60,866 bases of DNA from Acidimicrobiia bacterium (GCA_048595045.1 JBMDXS010000224.1:1-60866); one strand, 5' to 3'. Positions 19,265 through 31,450 are shown, counted from the first letter of the stretch. Numbers and translations are program-made. The notes: a model not told the origin generated them from the letters alone.

Positions 19265-20242
19265 ATGACTCACATCCTGGGGTTCGGTGGCTATGTGCCG
19301 GAGCGAGTGATGACCAACGACGAGTGGGCGGCGCTGGTCGACACCTCGGACGAATGGATCACCCAGCGGACCGGCATCAAACGAAGACGAGTAGCGGGCC
19401 CCGAAGAGTCCACTCTCACTCTCGCCGGGCAGGCCTCTGCCGTGGCCATCAAAGATGCCGGTCTCACCGCGGACGAGATCGATGAGATCATCGTCGCCAC
19501 CGACACACCCGAGGTTTACACCCCGGACACCGCCGCGCTCCTCCAGCACCTCCTCGGATGCCGAAATGTCCCCACCTATGACCTGGGTGGTTCCGGGTGC
19601 GCCGGCTTCGTCCAGGGCCTGGACGTGGCCCGGGCCAGGATCGCCTTCGAGCCCAAGACGATCCTGGTGGTCGGTGTCGAGCTGATCACGCGACTGATCG
19701 ACTGGAATGATCGGTCGACCGCAGTCCTCTTCGGTGACGCCGCGGGTGCGGTCATCCTTGGTCCCGAGCCGGCCCGGGCGACGGTGCTCGACATCGTCTC
19801 TGGCACCGACGGTTCTGCCGCCGGCATCCTGACCCTCGGCGTGGGCGGCACCCGGCATCCCTTCAACCAAGCGGCCATCGACTCCGGCGCATACAACCGT
19901 CTGGTCATGGATGGGCGGAGGGTGTTCACCGAGGCAGTGACCAGGATGAGCGCGGCGGTTTCGGAGGTGCTCGACCGAATCGGGAAGACTGTCGGAGACG
20001 TCGCACTGGTGATCCCCCATCAGGCGAATCTGCGCATCATCGACGCAGTGCGCAAGAAGCTGGGGGTGAATGAGGAGCGGGTCTACGTGAACATCCACGA
20101 GTACGGCAACACCGGGTCGGCGACAGTGCCCTTCGCCCTTTGGGAGTGCGTCGAGACCGGGCGGATCGAGAAGGGCGACCTGGTGGTGTTGACCGCTTTT
20201 GGGGCCGGCTTCCACTGGGCGGCCGCCGCTCTCCAGTTCTGA
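19265..20242 (+). CDS. fabH: Beta-ketoacyl-ACP synthase III (FabH-like KAS III), stand-alone
   Basis: 325 aa. SDEWITQRTGIKRRR, catalytic Cys in GGSGCAGF, His in IPHQANLRI, Asn in YGNTGSATVP, C-terminal AFGAGFHW. Confidence 0.8.
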   Translation: MTHILGFGGYVPERVMTNDEWAALVDTSDEWITQRTGIKRRRVAGPEESTLTLAGQASAVAIKDAGLTADEIDEIIVATDTPEVYTPDTAALLQHLLGCRNVPTYDLGGSGCAGFVQGLDVARARIAFEPKTILVVGVELITRLIDWNDRSTAVLFGDAAGAVILGPEPARATVLDIVSGTDGSAAGILTLGVGGTRHPFNQAAIDSGAYNRLVMDGRRVFTEAVTRMSAAVSEVLDRIGKTVGDVALVIPHQANLRIIDAVRKKLGVNEERVYVNIHEYGNTGSATVPFALWECVETGRIEKGDLVVLTAFGAGFHWAAAALQF

Positions 20243-20250
20243 ATGCAAAA

Positions 20251-20272
20251 GCCCCCGTCTTGCGACGGGGGC
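20251..20272. terminator. Bidirectional rho-independent-type terminator hairpin
   Basis: GCCCCCGTC-TTGC-GACGGGGGC (9-bp perfect stem) flanked by AAAA upstream and TT downstream. Lies between the convergent fabH-like (+) and response-regulator (-) genes. Confidence 0.6.
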
Positions 20273-20413
20273 TTGCCGGCTTCGAGAAGCCATTGCCTCC
20301 TCACCCCTCCGGGATGTGGCTCCGGGAGGAAGGTCCTCTTGCCCACCCACGGATATTGTTATCTGCGTTTCGCCAGCCGTGTATGGGGGATTCCCCCCAA
20401 TCGACATCCCTGG

Positions 20414-21064
20414 TCAACGTTCGTCGTCGGGACGAAGGTATCCCTCTTCATAGGCAAGGGCGGTCAGCTCATGACGGCTGGCGACGCTGAGCTTGTCGAA
20501 TATGTGGGCCATGTGGTTCTCGAGCGTCTTGACCGTGATCCCGAGTCGCTCGGCGCTTTCCCGATAGGTGTAGCCACGTGCGATCAAGTTGACCACCTCT
20601 CGCTCACGGGGCGTCAGCCGTGAGATCGGGGTCTCGCTGGTGATTCCCTCGTCGATGTCCAGCAGATAGGCGGCGACGTCGGGAGAGACCGGCCGGGCGC
20701 CCACGTAAGTCTGTCGGATCAGGTCGGGGAGGTCGGCACCAAGCGTCGTCTTGGTGATGTACCCGTCGACCCCGGCGTCGAGGAGTCGAGCAACGTCTTC
20801 CTTCGACGTGGAAACGGTCAGCGCCATGAAACGGACATCGGGGAAGTCCCTCCGGACGGCGGGGATGACCGCCGCCCCACCACCCCCCGGCAGCTTGACA
20901 TCGAGAACCACGAGATCGGGCAGCCGCTCCTTGATCAACTCGATGGCGCTGTCGACGTTGTCCGCTTCGCCGATGATGTCGAAGGACGGGTCGAGGATGG
21001 CCCGCATGCCGGCCCTGACCACGTCGTGGTCATCCACGAGGATCAAACGAAGCCGGTCGCTCAT
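20414..21064 (-). CDS. NarL/FixJ-family response regulator (REC + LuxR HTH)
   Basis: LRLILVDDHDVVRAG, DLVVLDVKLPGG, LTPREREVVNLIARGYTYRESAERLGITVKTLENHMAHIFDKL. Confidence 0.9.
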   Translation of the reverse strand: MSDRLRLILVDDHDVVRAGMRAILDPSFDIIGEADNVDSAIELIKERLPDLVVLDVKLPGGGGAAVIPAVRRDFPDVRFMALTVSTSKEDVARLLDAGVDGYITKTTLGADLPDLIRQTYVGARPVSPDVAAYLLDIDEGITSETPISRLTPREREVVNLIARGYTYRESAERLGITVKTLENHMAHIFDKLSVASRHELTALAYEEGYLRPDDER

Positions 21065-22176
21065 CTGCCCACGATTATCTTGATCTCGGTTCCAGACTCA
21101 GGCGCGGTGTCGATCTCGACCAGGCCGCCCACGCTCTCCACCCGGCGAGCCAGTCGTTCATGAACCCGGTTGCGCTGATCATCGTTGCTGAACCCGGTGC
21201 CGCTGTCTCGCACATGGATGTGGGCCTCGCCGTTGGCGAACTCGGAGTACAAGGAGATATTGCGCGACCCGGAGTGTTTGGCCGCGTTCGTCATTGCCTC
21301 CCGAGCCGCTTCTATCGCGGCGGAGAGATTGGGGCTGATCTGGGCGTCGTCTCGGATCACGGCCTCGATCTCGACCCGATGGGTGTCTTCGACCTCGTCC
21401 CTGACCGATAGCAGGCTCGCCCTGAAGCTCTCCCGGTACTCGGAGCGCCACTCCTCTATGTTTCGTCGCAGCTCACGCTCCTGGCGACGGGCCAGGTAGC
21501 GGGACTGACTCGGATCGTCCGCCCCCATCCGGATCGCGTGGAGAGTCTGCAGAACCGAGTCGTGGAGCCGGTCGGCCAAGACGGCGCGCTCCTCGTGGAG
21601 GACAACGGCTGCCTGCTCCGCGGCGAGCTCGTCCTGGGCGGCCTGGCGAGCCAGGTCGTAGTCGCGAAGCTTGTCGAATGTCCAGCCCACGATGGCTCCG
21701 ACTACGAAGAAGATCACGCTGCCCGCCGCCCGGACGGCCCCGAAACCGGCGATTATGTGGACCACCAACTGCTCGACCCCGAGCAGGAGGGCGGCGATCA
21801 GGGATCCGGGGAGGCCTCCGAGCAGCGCGCCCGTGAAGACATATGAGAGGGGGAGTCCGCCATGGAACAGCTCGGTCGCTCCAGAGGCCACTGAGGCCGC
21901 CCCGATGGCGAGCATTGCGAATGTATCCAGGGCGAACCACCACCAGCCGGCCATGAATCGGGGCTGTGTCCTCGAGATCAGCCACGTGAGGAATGTCCAG
22001 AAGACGGCCAGGCCGACTGACGCCCAAACGATCCAGATGCGAGGAGGAGCCTCCACCCTCAAGGTGACGGCAACCAGGATCAGCATCCAGATCAGCCCGA
22101 GGAAACGGAAAACCACCACCATCCGTCGCAGGGTTGCTTCGAGGTCGGCGCTTCCCCGTTTCGTGAAGCTGCTCAT
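21061..22176 (-). CDS. Sensor histidine kinase, HisKA_3 type, polytopic N-terminus
   Basis: ERAVLADRLHDSVLQTLHAI H-box and a NAAKHSG...DSGTGF ATPase. 4-nt overlap with the regulator start. Start moved to ATG 22176 because a terminator hairpin (22256-22279) abuts the ORF-track start at 22254. Confidence 0.8.
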   Translation of the reverse strand: MSSFTKRGSADLEATLRRMVVVFRFLGLIWMLILVAVTLRVEAPPRIWIVWASVGLAVFWTFLTWLISRTQPRFMAGWWWFALDTFAMLAIGAASVASGATELFHGGLPLSYVFTGALLGGLPGSLIAALLLGVEQLVVHIIAGFGAVRAAGSVIFFVVGAIVGWTFDKLRDYDLARQAAQDELAAEQAAVVLHEERAVLADRLHDSVLQTLHAIRMGADDPSQSRYLARRQERELRRNIEEWRSEYRESFRASLLSVRDEVEDTHRVEIEAVIRDDAQISPNLSAAIEAAREAMTNAAKHSGSRNISLYSEFANGEAHIHVRDSGTGFSNDDQRNRVHERLARRVESVGGLVEIDTAPESGTEIKIIVGR

Positions 22177-22255
22177 CACCCCCGAAGGTAGCGGGGCGGG
22201 GGGTCGGTTTGCCCTGGTGGTGGTAGAGATCTGAATGGCTCTTCTCGCAGTCAAA

Positions 22256-22279
22256 GGGGGACCGCTTCCGCGGTCCCCC
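22256..22279 (-). terminator. Rho-independent-type terminator (minus strand)
   Basis: GGGGGACCGC-TTCC-GCGGTCCCCC, a perfect 10-bp stem. On the minus strand it is followed by TTTGA. Lies downstream of the small membrane-protein gene. Confidence 0.5.
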
Positions 22280-22469
22280 GATGGTCCCCATTGTCGCTTC
22301 CAGGAACGGAGTGATGCCCTGAAGTGTCCCCGCTACCCCATCATCCGCCGGCCTGTCCGAAAGGGAATAGGGGTTTCCCCCCACAGGGTCTGACAGCAGC
22401 AACGGCCACCGTTAGCCGGTGGCCGTTGTGCGCAGGGCGCCGGGGCCGTTGTGGCCCTTCGCTCAAGCT

Positions 22470-22775
22470 CTACAAGGTCTGTCCGAGATAGAGGACGGCG
22501 ACCATCACCGCACCCAGACTGAGCAGGCGGGTGAGGCCGGGCCTCGACGCCGCCCGGACCGCCGTGGCGGCGAGGGTGGCACCAAGCAATACGAGGGGCC
22601 AGGCTCTCTCGGTGTAGATGGTCGCCACCATGAGCAGCAACACCGCCGAGCCGAGACCGAGAACGACCATGGCGACCCGTGTCGCCTTGCCGAGTGGATG
22701 AGCGGCCCATTGATCGAGGGTGCTTGTGCTCGTGATGGTCGAGGCCGTCATCGTGCCCGTACTGTCGGCATCCAC
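22470..22775 (-). CDS. Hypothetical small membrane protein (three hydrophobic spans)
   Basis: 101-aa ORF with spans VAMVVLGLGSAVLLLMVATI, WPLVLLGATLAATAV, LLSLGAVMVAVLYL. No family recognised. Followed by a perfect 12-bp hairpin at 22400-22428. Confidence 0.4.
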   Translation of the reverse strand: MDADSTGTMTASTITSTSTLDQWAAHPLGKATRVAMVVLGLGSAVLLLMVATIYTERAWPLVLLGATLAATAVRAASRPGLTRLLSLGAVMVAVLYLGQTL

Positions 22776-22936
22776 TCCAAATCTCTTGAGCCGGGGGCTT
22801 GCGTCGAGTGAACCGAAGTGCCGCCATTCCGATCAGAACGGTCAGCTATGACTCCCTACGAGGCTGGGCGGAGGCGCAGTACCGGGCTGCGGCTCATCGG
22901 CTTCGCCGCACCGAACGTCGCTTTCCGCACGATGCG

Positions 22937-23683
22937 TCAGGTGGTGCGGGAGTCTGGATGTCGCAGGTAGAGGCTCACCAAATCGACCGTCGCCGAGATG
23001 TGACTATTCGTCGGGGCCATGGCTGCATCGGCGTCCCTGCGCCGACAAGCCTCGACCATCGCTGCGTGCTCCTGATTGGCTCCCCCCATTCGCGCGGGCG
23101 CCTCTCGCAACGAGGCCGCGATGTAGATGCTGGACCGATTCCGTAGGTTGCGGATCGTGGTGGCCAGAAGAGGGCTACGAGCGGCTATGTCCATGTGAGC
23201 GTGGAACTTGCTGTTGAGCACGACCCATGCTCCGGGCTCGGTCACCTCCTCCATTCGACGACACAGTGCGGCGGCGTGCTCGATCTCTGTATCGGTGATG
23301 TTGGCAACGGTCTTGGCCATGCACACCGGATCGAGGAGCGAGCGAAGCTCGTAGACCTCGAGCAGTTCCGGCTCCGTCGGCTCGTGGACGATGAAGCCCC
23401 GATGCGGATCTGGGTCGACCAGACCCTCGGCGACCAGCTCGGCCATGGCCTCTCTCACAGGAGTGGTCGAAGTGCGCATTCTCTCGGCCAGTTTGGCCTG
23501 AAGGAGGCGCGTTCCTGGGAGAAGAGCGCCGGAGAGTATCTCGACCCTAAGACGCCCGGCGACCATCGCCTGGGCGGTGAGCCGTGTCAGGCTGTCGTCG
23601 ATTGCGGAGGCATCTTCCGAATCCGTGATCACATCTGGTCTGAGCATTCCAGGGCACTCTAAACCAAGCACCAAAACCGGCAA
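22937..23683 (-). CDS. GntR-family transcriptional regulator (FadR/FCD subfamily)
   Basis: N-terminal wHTH ILSGALLPGTRLLQAKLAERMRTSTTPVREAMAELVAEGLV followed by an all-helical FCD-like domain. ATG 23647 is an alternative start to the TTG at 23683. Confidence 0.8.
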   Translation of the reverse strand: MPVLVLGLECPGMLRPDVITDSEDASAIDDSLTRLTAQAMVAGRLRVEILSGALLPGTRLLQAKLAERMRTSTTPVREAMAELVAEGLVDPDPHRGFIVHEPTEPELLEVYELRSLLDPVCMAKTVANITDTEIEHAAALCRRMEEVTEPGAWVVLNSKFHAHMDIAARSPLLATTIRNLRNRSSIYIAASLREAPARMGGANQEHAAMVEACRRRDADAAMAPTNSHISATVDLVSLYLRHPDSRTT

Positions 23684-23775
23684 TGCTTCCTCGACAATCG
23701 ATTATATGGAAGATACGCTCCCATCCCTTGGTCTCGGCAGGGAGCAAACGGGTCTTTCGGCAGATTGGAGGTTGA

Positions 23776-25539
<1,764 letters not shown>

Positions 25540-25568
25540 TCGCAGGGTCAGGCTGGCCCGCGCATCTC

Positions 25569-26417
25569 CTAGACGCTGTCCTGTCGCCAGAAGATCAGCT
25601 TCTTGTCCAGCCACTCGAGGACGAAATAGAAGACGCCGCCGATCAGGCTGAGGATGATGATCACCGAGAAGACTCGGTCGATCCTCAGCTGGAAGTTGTA
25701 GGTGTCCAGCAGGAATCCGAGCCCCTCCGCGGCGCCAACGAACTCACCGACGATGGCGCCGATCAACGCGAATGTCAGCGCTGTCTTGATCCCCGCGAAC
25801 ATGAGGGGAGAGGCACTCGGCAGCGAGACCTTGCGGAAGATCTGCATCTTCGAAGCCTTCAGCGACCGCATCAGTTGGATCATCTCGTTGGGTACGGTCT
25901 CTAGCCCCACCATCGTGTTGATCAACACCGGGAAGAACCCGATGGCGATGGCCATCACGATCTTCGATGTCTGCCCGTACCCGAACCAGGCGATGAAGAG
26001 CGGGGCCAGGACGATCTTGGGTATCGCCTGGAACGCCACCACGAAGGGGTAGGTCAGACGCTTCAGCGGCTCGAAGACCCCGAGGACGATGCCCATTACC
26101 AGTCCGATCGTGGTGCCGATCAAAAAGCCCCAGAAGATCTCGTTGAGGGTGACCAGGAAGTGGCCCATGAAGAAGTCGGAGGTGACAAGGGTGTAGAGGG
26201 CGGCCATCGTCTCTGTGAAGGGGGGGAGGACGATCGGGGAGATGAGGCCGGCTCGGGGCAGGAGCTCCCACAACGCGAAGATGAGGATTCCCGTAGCCAA
26301 GGTTCCCAACCGCCACTTCCATTTCCCAGTTTCCAAGTCGAGCGGGACATCCTCGGTAGTGGGGGCGCCCGTCCGTCTCGCTTCGCTGGTCCGCAGGTCA
26401 GTGTTCTTGGTGGTCAT
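25569..26417 (-). CDS. ABC transporter permease (NitT/TauT / SsuC-like family)
   Basis: 282 aa, six hydrophobic spans, and an EAA-like loop MRSLKASKMQIFRKVSLPSASPLMFAGIK. Confidence 0.85.
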   Translation of the reverse strand: MTTKNTDLRTSEARRTGAPTTEDVPLDLETGKWKWRLGTLATGILIFALWELLPRAGLISPIVLPPFTETMAALYTLVTSDFFMGHFLVTLNEIFWGFLIGTTIGLVMGIVLGVFEPLKRLTYPFVVAFQAIPKIVLAPLFIAWFGYGQTSKIVMAIAIGFFPVLINTMVGLETVPNEMIQLMRSLKASKMQIFRKVSLPSASPLMFAGIKTALTFALIGAIVGEFVGAAEGLGFLLDTYNFQLRIDRVFSVIIILSLIGGVFYFVLEWLDKKLIFWRQDSV

Positions 26418-26427
26418 CTCGGTTCCT

Positions 26428-27222
<795 letters not shown>

Positions 27223-27341
27223 GCTTCGCTCACTCGTCTCGCCATTGCCATTCTGCTGGCTGCTCGGACAAAGCGAGTCCCGGCGCCGATAGCACGACGC
27301 CGGGACCTCTCATCGGTGGGCTGACGATCCCGCCCTCCGGA

Positions 27342-28529
27342 TCAACCCTCGTAGGTGACAGCTGCGACTTCCTCGGGATCGAAGTCGTTGATGGCAGGGA
27401 TCAGCGACTCCTCTAGCAGGACGTCGAGGTCTACTGCGCCGGGCGCGATGGCGCCTTCCTCCTCCGTGCCTTGTGACGCGAAGTCGAGATAGAGCTCCCA
27501 ACCCTCTCGATAATGGGTTCCATACGGCTCGCCCTCGAGAGCCGGAGGTGGCGTTTTCAGGTCGGCGGTCGCCTCCCAGAAGGCCTCGCCGATGGCCTCG
27601 TCTTCCCACAATTCGGGTTCGATGTCGCGGGTGAGCTGCTTGGCCTGATCCTGGTTGGCTACAACCCAGGCCTCACCCTTGGCTATCGCCCTGCCGAGCC
27701 CGGCGAGGAGCTCTTGGTTGGCCTCGAAGTAGTCGCAAGTGACGACAGGGGAAGTGGCCTGGAAGTACTGGAACTCCTCGGGCATCAGCTGGACGAGGGG
27801 CATGCCCGCAGCCTCGATCGATGCGACGTCGAAGATGCTCGACGAATAGGCCTGCGCATCCCCGTTCTCGAGGGCCTGGAACGTGACCGGGCCGCCCTCT
27901 CCGATTGGCAGGAGCTGGTAGTCCTCGCCTTCCTGCAGATCAACCGAGGCCATGATCGCTCGGATCAGTGGGATCTCCCCCCCGCCCGGCTCAGACACGC
28001 CGATGACGCCGCCGGCGAGGCCCTCCAGGTCGGTGATTCCGCTCGCCTCGGGCGTGGCCAGTCCGAACACGTTCTTGTATTGGATGGTGAACAGCTGCTT
28101 CAAGCAGTTGCCCTGGGCGAACCCTTGGGCGGTGGCCGGACCGGATGGGTTCCCGGCCTCCAGGTTGCCGGCGACGATCTGCTGCACGGTTGCGCTCGAG
28201 CCGGAGACGATAACGATCTCGACGTCGAGGCCCTCCTCTTCGAAGAAGCCCAACTCGTCGGCGGCGTAGAACTCGGCGTACTGGATCGCCCGCTGGTTGG
28301 TAAGGGCAAAGGTGATCGGCGTCAGTTCGCCGCTGGGCTCCTCCTCCGCTTGAGTCGTATCACTGCTTTCTTCGGCTTGGGTCGTATCGGTGGGCTCGGC
28401 GGCCCCCGTGGTGTCCGCCGCTGCCGCTGTTGTTGTGGTCTCGCTGTCTCCCCCGCAGGCTGCAGCTACCAATGCCAACGTCAACAAGAGCGCGAACCAC
28501 GTGCGCCCCCGGTTTGCCAGCGGTTTCAT
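27342..28529 (-). CDS. ABC substrate-binding lipoprotein (NMT1/THI5-like, NitT/TauT family)
   Basis: Start at ATG 28529 (GGAGGAG SD upstream) gives MKPLANRGRTWFALLLTLALVAAACGG with a lipobox, then an acidic Thr/Glu-rich linker and the binding domain. Confidence 0.8.
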   Translation of the reverse strand: MKPLANRGRTWFALLLTLALVAAACGGDSETTTTAAAADTTGAAEPTDTTQAEESSDTTQAEEEPSGELTPITFALTNQRAIQYAEFYAADELGFFEEEGLDVEIVIVSGSSATVQQIVAGNLEAGNPSGPATAQGFAQGNCLKQLFTIQYKNVFGLATPEASGITDLEGLAGGVIGVSEPGGGEIPLIRAIMASVDLQEGEDYQLLPIGEGGPVTFQALENGDAQAYSSSIFDVASIEAAGMPLVQLMPEEFQYFQATSPVVTCDYFEANQELLAGLGRAIAKGEAWVVANQDQAKQLTRDIEPELWEDEAIGEAFWEATADLKTPPPALEGEPYGTHYREGWELYLDFASQGTEEEGAIAPGAVDLDVLLEESLIPAINDFDPEEVAAVTYEG

Positions 28530-28644
28530 CTTGGTCTCCTCCTGTAGGAACCGTGACCGATCTGGGTGGCCAAGGCCCACCTGCATTGTCGAGATTATAT
28601 TATGTGGATTACACACTCGTCAACGCGGTCCTGAAGGCAGGCAC

Positions 28645-30510
28645 ATGGCAAAATCGGGCCGAAAGCTGACCACCGCCCAAGCCCTGGTCGAGTTCCTCAC
28701 CGTGCAACGGTCGGAGCGAGACGGGGAGACACGCCCCTTCTTCGGCGGCTGCTTCGGCATCTTTGGTCACGGCAATGTCGGCGGGCTTGGCCAGGCTCTG
28801 CACCAATATCGCCGAGACTTCCGATACATCCTCGGTCGCAATGAACAGGCCATGGTGCACGCCTCGGCTGGATTCGCCCGGATGAGCAACCGGCTGCGAT
28901 CGTTCGTATGCGCAACGTCGATCGGGCCGGGGGCGACCAACCTGGTCACAGGTGCAGCGGGGGCAACCATCAACCGGCTCCCGGTCCTTCTCTTACCGGC
29001 GGACATGCCCGCTTCCCGGGCCCCCCGGCCCGTCCTGCAGCAGGTCGAGCTGCCGTGGTCGTCGACTATCTCGGTCAACGACGCGTTGCGCCCGGTGTCC
29101 AAGTACTGGGATCGGATCGAACGACCAGAGCAGCTGCTCTGGTCGGCCCCGGAGGCAATGCGGGTCCTCACCGACCAGGCGGAGACAGGGGCCGTGACCC
29201 TGGCACTGCCCAGTGACGTCCAGTCCGAGTCTTACGACTGGCCGGAAGATTTCTTCCAGCCCCGCGTCTGGCACATCGCACGACCTCGGCCCGACCAGGA
29301 TGCGGTTGCCCGAGCCGTGCAGCTGATCCAATCCTCGACGAAGCCGATGATCGTGGCCGGCGGCGGGGTGATCTACGCCGAAGCAACCGCAGCCCTCGCC
29401 TCCATCGTGGAGCGGACCGGGATCCCTGTGGCCGAGACCCATGCCGGCAAGGGGTCGCTCCCTTTCGACCACCCCGCCAACGTGGGGCCACTGGGAGTCA
29501 ATGGAGTCCCCGGTGCCTTCGAGCTGGCCCAGGATGCCGATCTGGTGATCGGGATCGGGACCAGGTGGACCGACGTGACCTCGGTGTCTCAGACCGCTTT
29601 CGCCAATCCCGAGGTGCGGTTCGTCAATATCAACATCGCATCCTTCGATGCCCACAAGTTCGCCGGCCTTCCCCTGGTCGGAGATGCCCGAGCAGTCATC
29701 GAAGCCCTCGACGAAGCCCTAGGCGACCATGAAGTGGCCTCTGAACGCCGCGAACAGTCGAGCAGGCTGAACAAGGAGTGGGACGCCGAGATCGACAAGT
29801 ACACCGGCACGAAAAACCAGCCCTTGCCCTCCCAGGCGGAGGTGATCGGGGCGGTGAACCAGGCCGCCGGTCCCCGAGACGTCGTGGTGAACGCTGCGGG
29901 CAGCCTTCCCAACGATCTCCAGAAGCTGTGGCGATCCCGGGACCCTAAGAGCTATCACGTCGAATATGGCTACTCGTGCATGGGGTATGAGATCCCCGGG
30001 GGGATGGGGGCGAAGATGGCCGACCCTGAGCGCGAGGTGTTCGTGATGGTCGGGGACGGGTCGTACCTGATGATGCCGTCAGAGATCGTCACTGCGGTGC
30101 AAGAGGGCATCAAGCTGATCATCGTCCTGGTAGACAACCAAGGTTTCGCCTCGGTCGGCGCTCTGTCGAGGCGTCTCGGGATGGACGGCTTCGGAGCCGA
30201 CTACCAGCGGAGGGGGCAAGACGGGCTGCTCAGCGGAGGGCCGTTGCCTGTCGATCTCGCCGCCAACGCCGCCTCGTTCGGGGCGGGGGTCAGACGAGCG
30301 TCGAGCGTCGATGAGCTTCGAAGCGCCCTAGAGGAGGCTAAGTCTGCTGAGGGGCCGACACTGATCCACGTCGCCACCGACCCCGATGTTCATGTCCCCC
30401 GATTCTTCTGGTGGGACGTCGCCGTGGCCGAAGTGTCGACCTCGGAGACTGTCGGCCGGGCGCGTGAGGTATACGAAGTGGAGCGGGCGAAATCCCGCCG
30501 CTACCTCTAG
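28645..30510 (+). CDS. iolD: IolD-like thiamine-diphosphate-dependent 1,2-dione C-C hydrolase
   Basis: MAKSGRKLTTAQALVEFL...FGIFGHGNVGGLGQAL...GRNEQAMVHASAGFAR...SIGPGATNLVTGAA...LPVLLLPADMPASRAPRPVLQQVE...NDALRPVSKYWDRIERPEQL is collinear with Bacillus IolD as I remember it. Start at ATG 28645, not ORF-track 28390. Confidence 0.8.
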   Translation: MAKSGRKLTTAQALVEFLTVQRSERDGETRPFFGGCFGIFGHGNVGGLGQALHQYRRDFRYILGRNEQAMVHASAGFARMSNRLRSFVCATSIGPGATNLVTGAAGATINRLPVLLLPADMPASRAPRPVLQQVELPWSSTISVNDALRPVSKYWDRIERPEQLLWSAPEAMRVLTDQAETGAVTLALPSDVQSESYDWPEDFFQPRVWHIARPRPDQDAVARAVQLIQSSTKPMIVAGGGVIYAEATAALASIVERTGIPVAETHAGKGSLPFDHPANVGPLGVNGVPGAFELAQDADLVIGIGTRWTDVTSVSQTAFANPEVRFVNINIASFDAHKFAGLPLVGDARAVIEALDEALGDHEVASERREQSSRLNKEWDAEIDKYTGTKNQPLPSQAEVIGAVNQAAGPRDVVVNAAGSLPNDLQKLWRSRDPKSYHVEYGYSCMGYEIPGGMGAKMADPEREVFVMVGDGSYLMMPSEIVTAVQEGIKLIIVLVDNQGFASVGALSRRLGMDGFGADYQRRGQDGLLSGGPLPVDLAANAASFGAGVRRASSVDELRSALEEAKSAEGPTLIHVATDPDVHVPRFFWWDVAVAEVSTSETVGRAREVYEVERAKSRRYL

Positions 30511-30538
30511 TGATCCTGGAACTGACAAAGGAGTAGGA

Positions 30539-31450
30539 ATGACCACCACAGTCGGGGTGATCGGTCTGGGGAATATGGGTGGGGCCATCGCCCAGAACCT
30601 CCTCGCCGCGGGGTTCCAGGTCGTCGGGCTCGATATCGATCCCGAGAGGATGAAGGCTTTCACGGGCAGTGGGGGCAAGCCCGCCGCCTCGCCGACGGAG
30701 GTGACCCAGGAGGCCGACATCGTCATCCTCTCCTTGCCCAATGTCGCCGCCCTGGAAGAGGTGGTTCACGGCTCCGGAGGTTTGGTGGAAGGAGGAAGAC
30801 CCGGGATCATCTGCATCGAGAGTGGGACCTTCCCGCTCGCCGCGAAGATGGCCGCCGCCGGGGCCCTGGAGGCGAAGGACATCGCCCTCCTCGACTGCAC
30901 GGTCAGCGGGACCGGGAGTCAGGCGCGGAGCCGCGACATCGTCCTCTATGCCAGCGGTCCTGCTGAGCTCGTTGCCAGGTGCCGGTCGGTGTTCGAGGCG
31001 ATCTCCAAGGATGCTCCCTGGGTCGGCGAATTCGGAGCGGGATCGGTCATGAAGTTCGTGTCGAACCTCCTTGTTGCGGTGCACACCGTCGCCGCGGCCG
31101 AGGCCCTCACCTTGGCAGACAAGTGCGGGCTCGACCTCGGGGCCGCGCTGGAGCTGCTCGCTTCGGGGGCGGGCAACTCTCGGATGTTGGAGGTCAGAGG
31201 GCCACTGATGGTGGCTGGCGACTACGACGTGGGGTCGGCCACGGTCGACACCTTGACCAAGGACACCGAGATCATCCTCGGATTCGCCGCGGACCAGGAC
31301 TGCCCAGTGCCGCTGCTCTCCACGGCGGGGTCATTCCTGCGTTCGGCAGCCGCGAATGGGTGGCATGACCAGGACCCGGCTGTCGTCATGCGAGTGCTCT
31401 CTTCCCTTGCCGGCATGCCCGATGAGACGAAGGTGAGACTCAATGGCTGA
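30539..31450 (+). CDS. NAD(P)-dependent 3-hydroxyisobutyrate-dehydrogenase-family oxidoreductase
   Basis: MTTTVGVIGLGNMGGAIAQNLLAAGFQV Rossmann motif, AAGGAG SD upstream, and a KFVSNLL catalytic-Lys region. Confidence 0.8.
   Translation: MTTTVGVIGLGNMGGAIAQNLLAAGFQVVGLDIDPERMKAFTGSGGKPAASPTEVTQEADIVILSLPNVAALEEVVHGSGGLVEGGRPGIICIESGTFPLAAKMAAAGALEAKDIALLDCTVSGTGSQARSRDIVLYASGPAELVARCRSVFEAISKDAPWVGEFGAGSVMKFVSNLLVAVHTVAAAEALTLADKCGLDLGAALELLASGAGNSRMLEVRGPLMVAGDYDVGSATVDTLTKDTEIILGFAADQDCPVPLLSTAGSFLRSAAANGWHDQDPAVVMRVLSSLAGMPDETKVRLNG

Noticed and set aside
28390-28644. N-terminal extensions in the ORF track: the IolD-like ORF from 28390, sensor paralog 1 from 35052, the dehydrogenase from 30386, the cupin from 32021, the aldolase from 45034, the SIS gene from 47883 and DmpA from 17887.
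   Set aside because: The extensions overlap neighbouring genes or divergent promoters and translate to low-complexity sequence. Internal starts with SD-like sequences or start/stop overlaps give family-typical N-termini.
28530-28644. TPP riboswitch upstream of the NMT1/THI5-like binding-protein gene.
   Set aside because: The reverse complement of the leader lacks the conserved CUGAGA and ACCUGAUCUGGAUAAUGCCAGCG-type elements. Only generic short stems are present.
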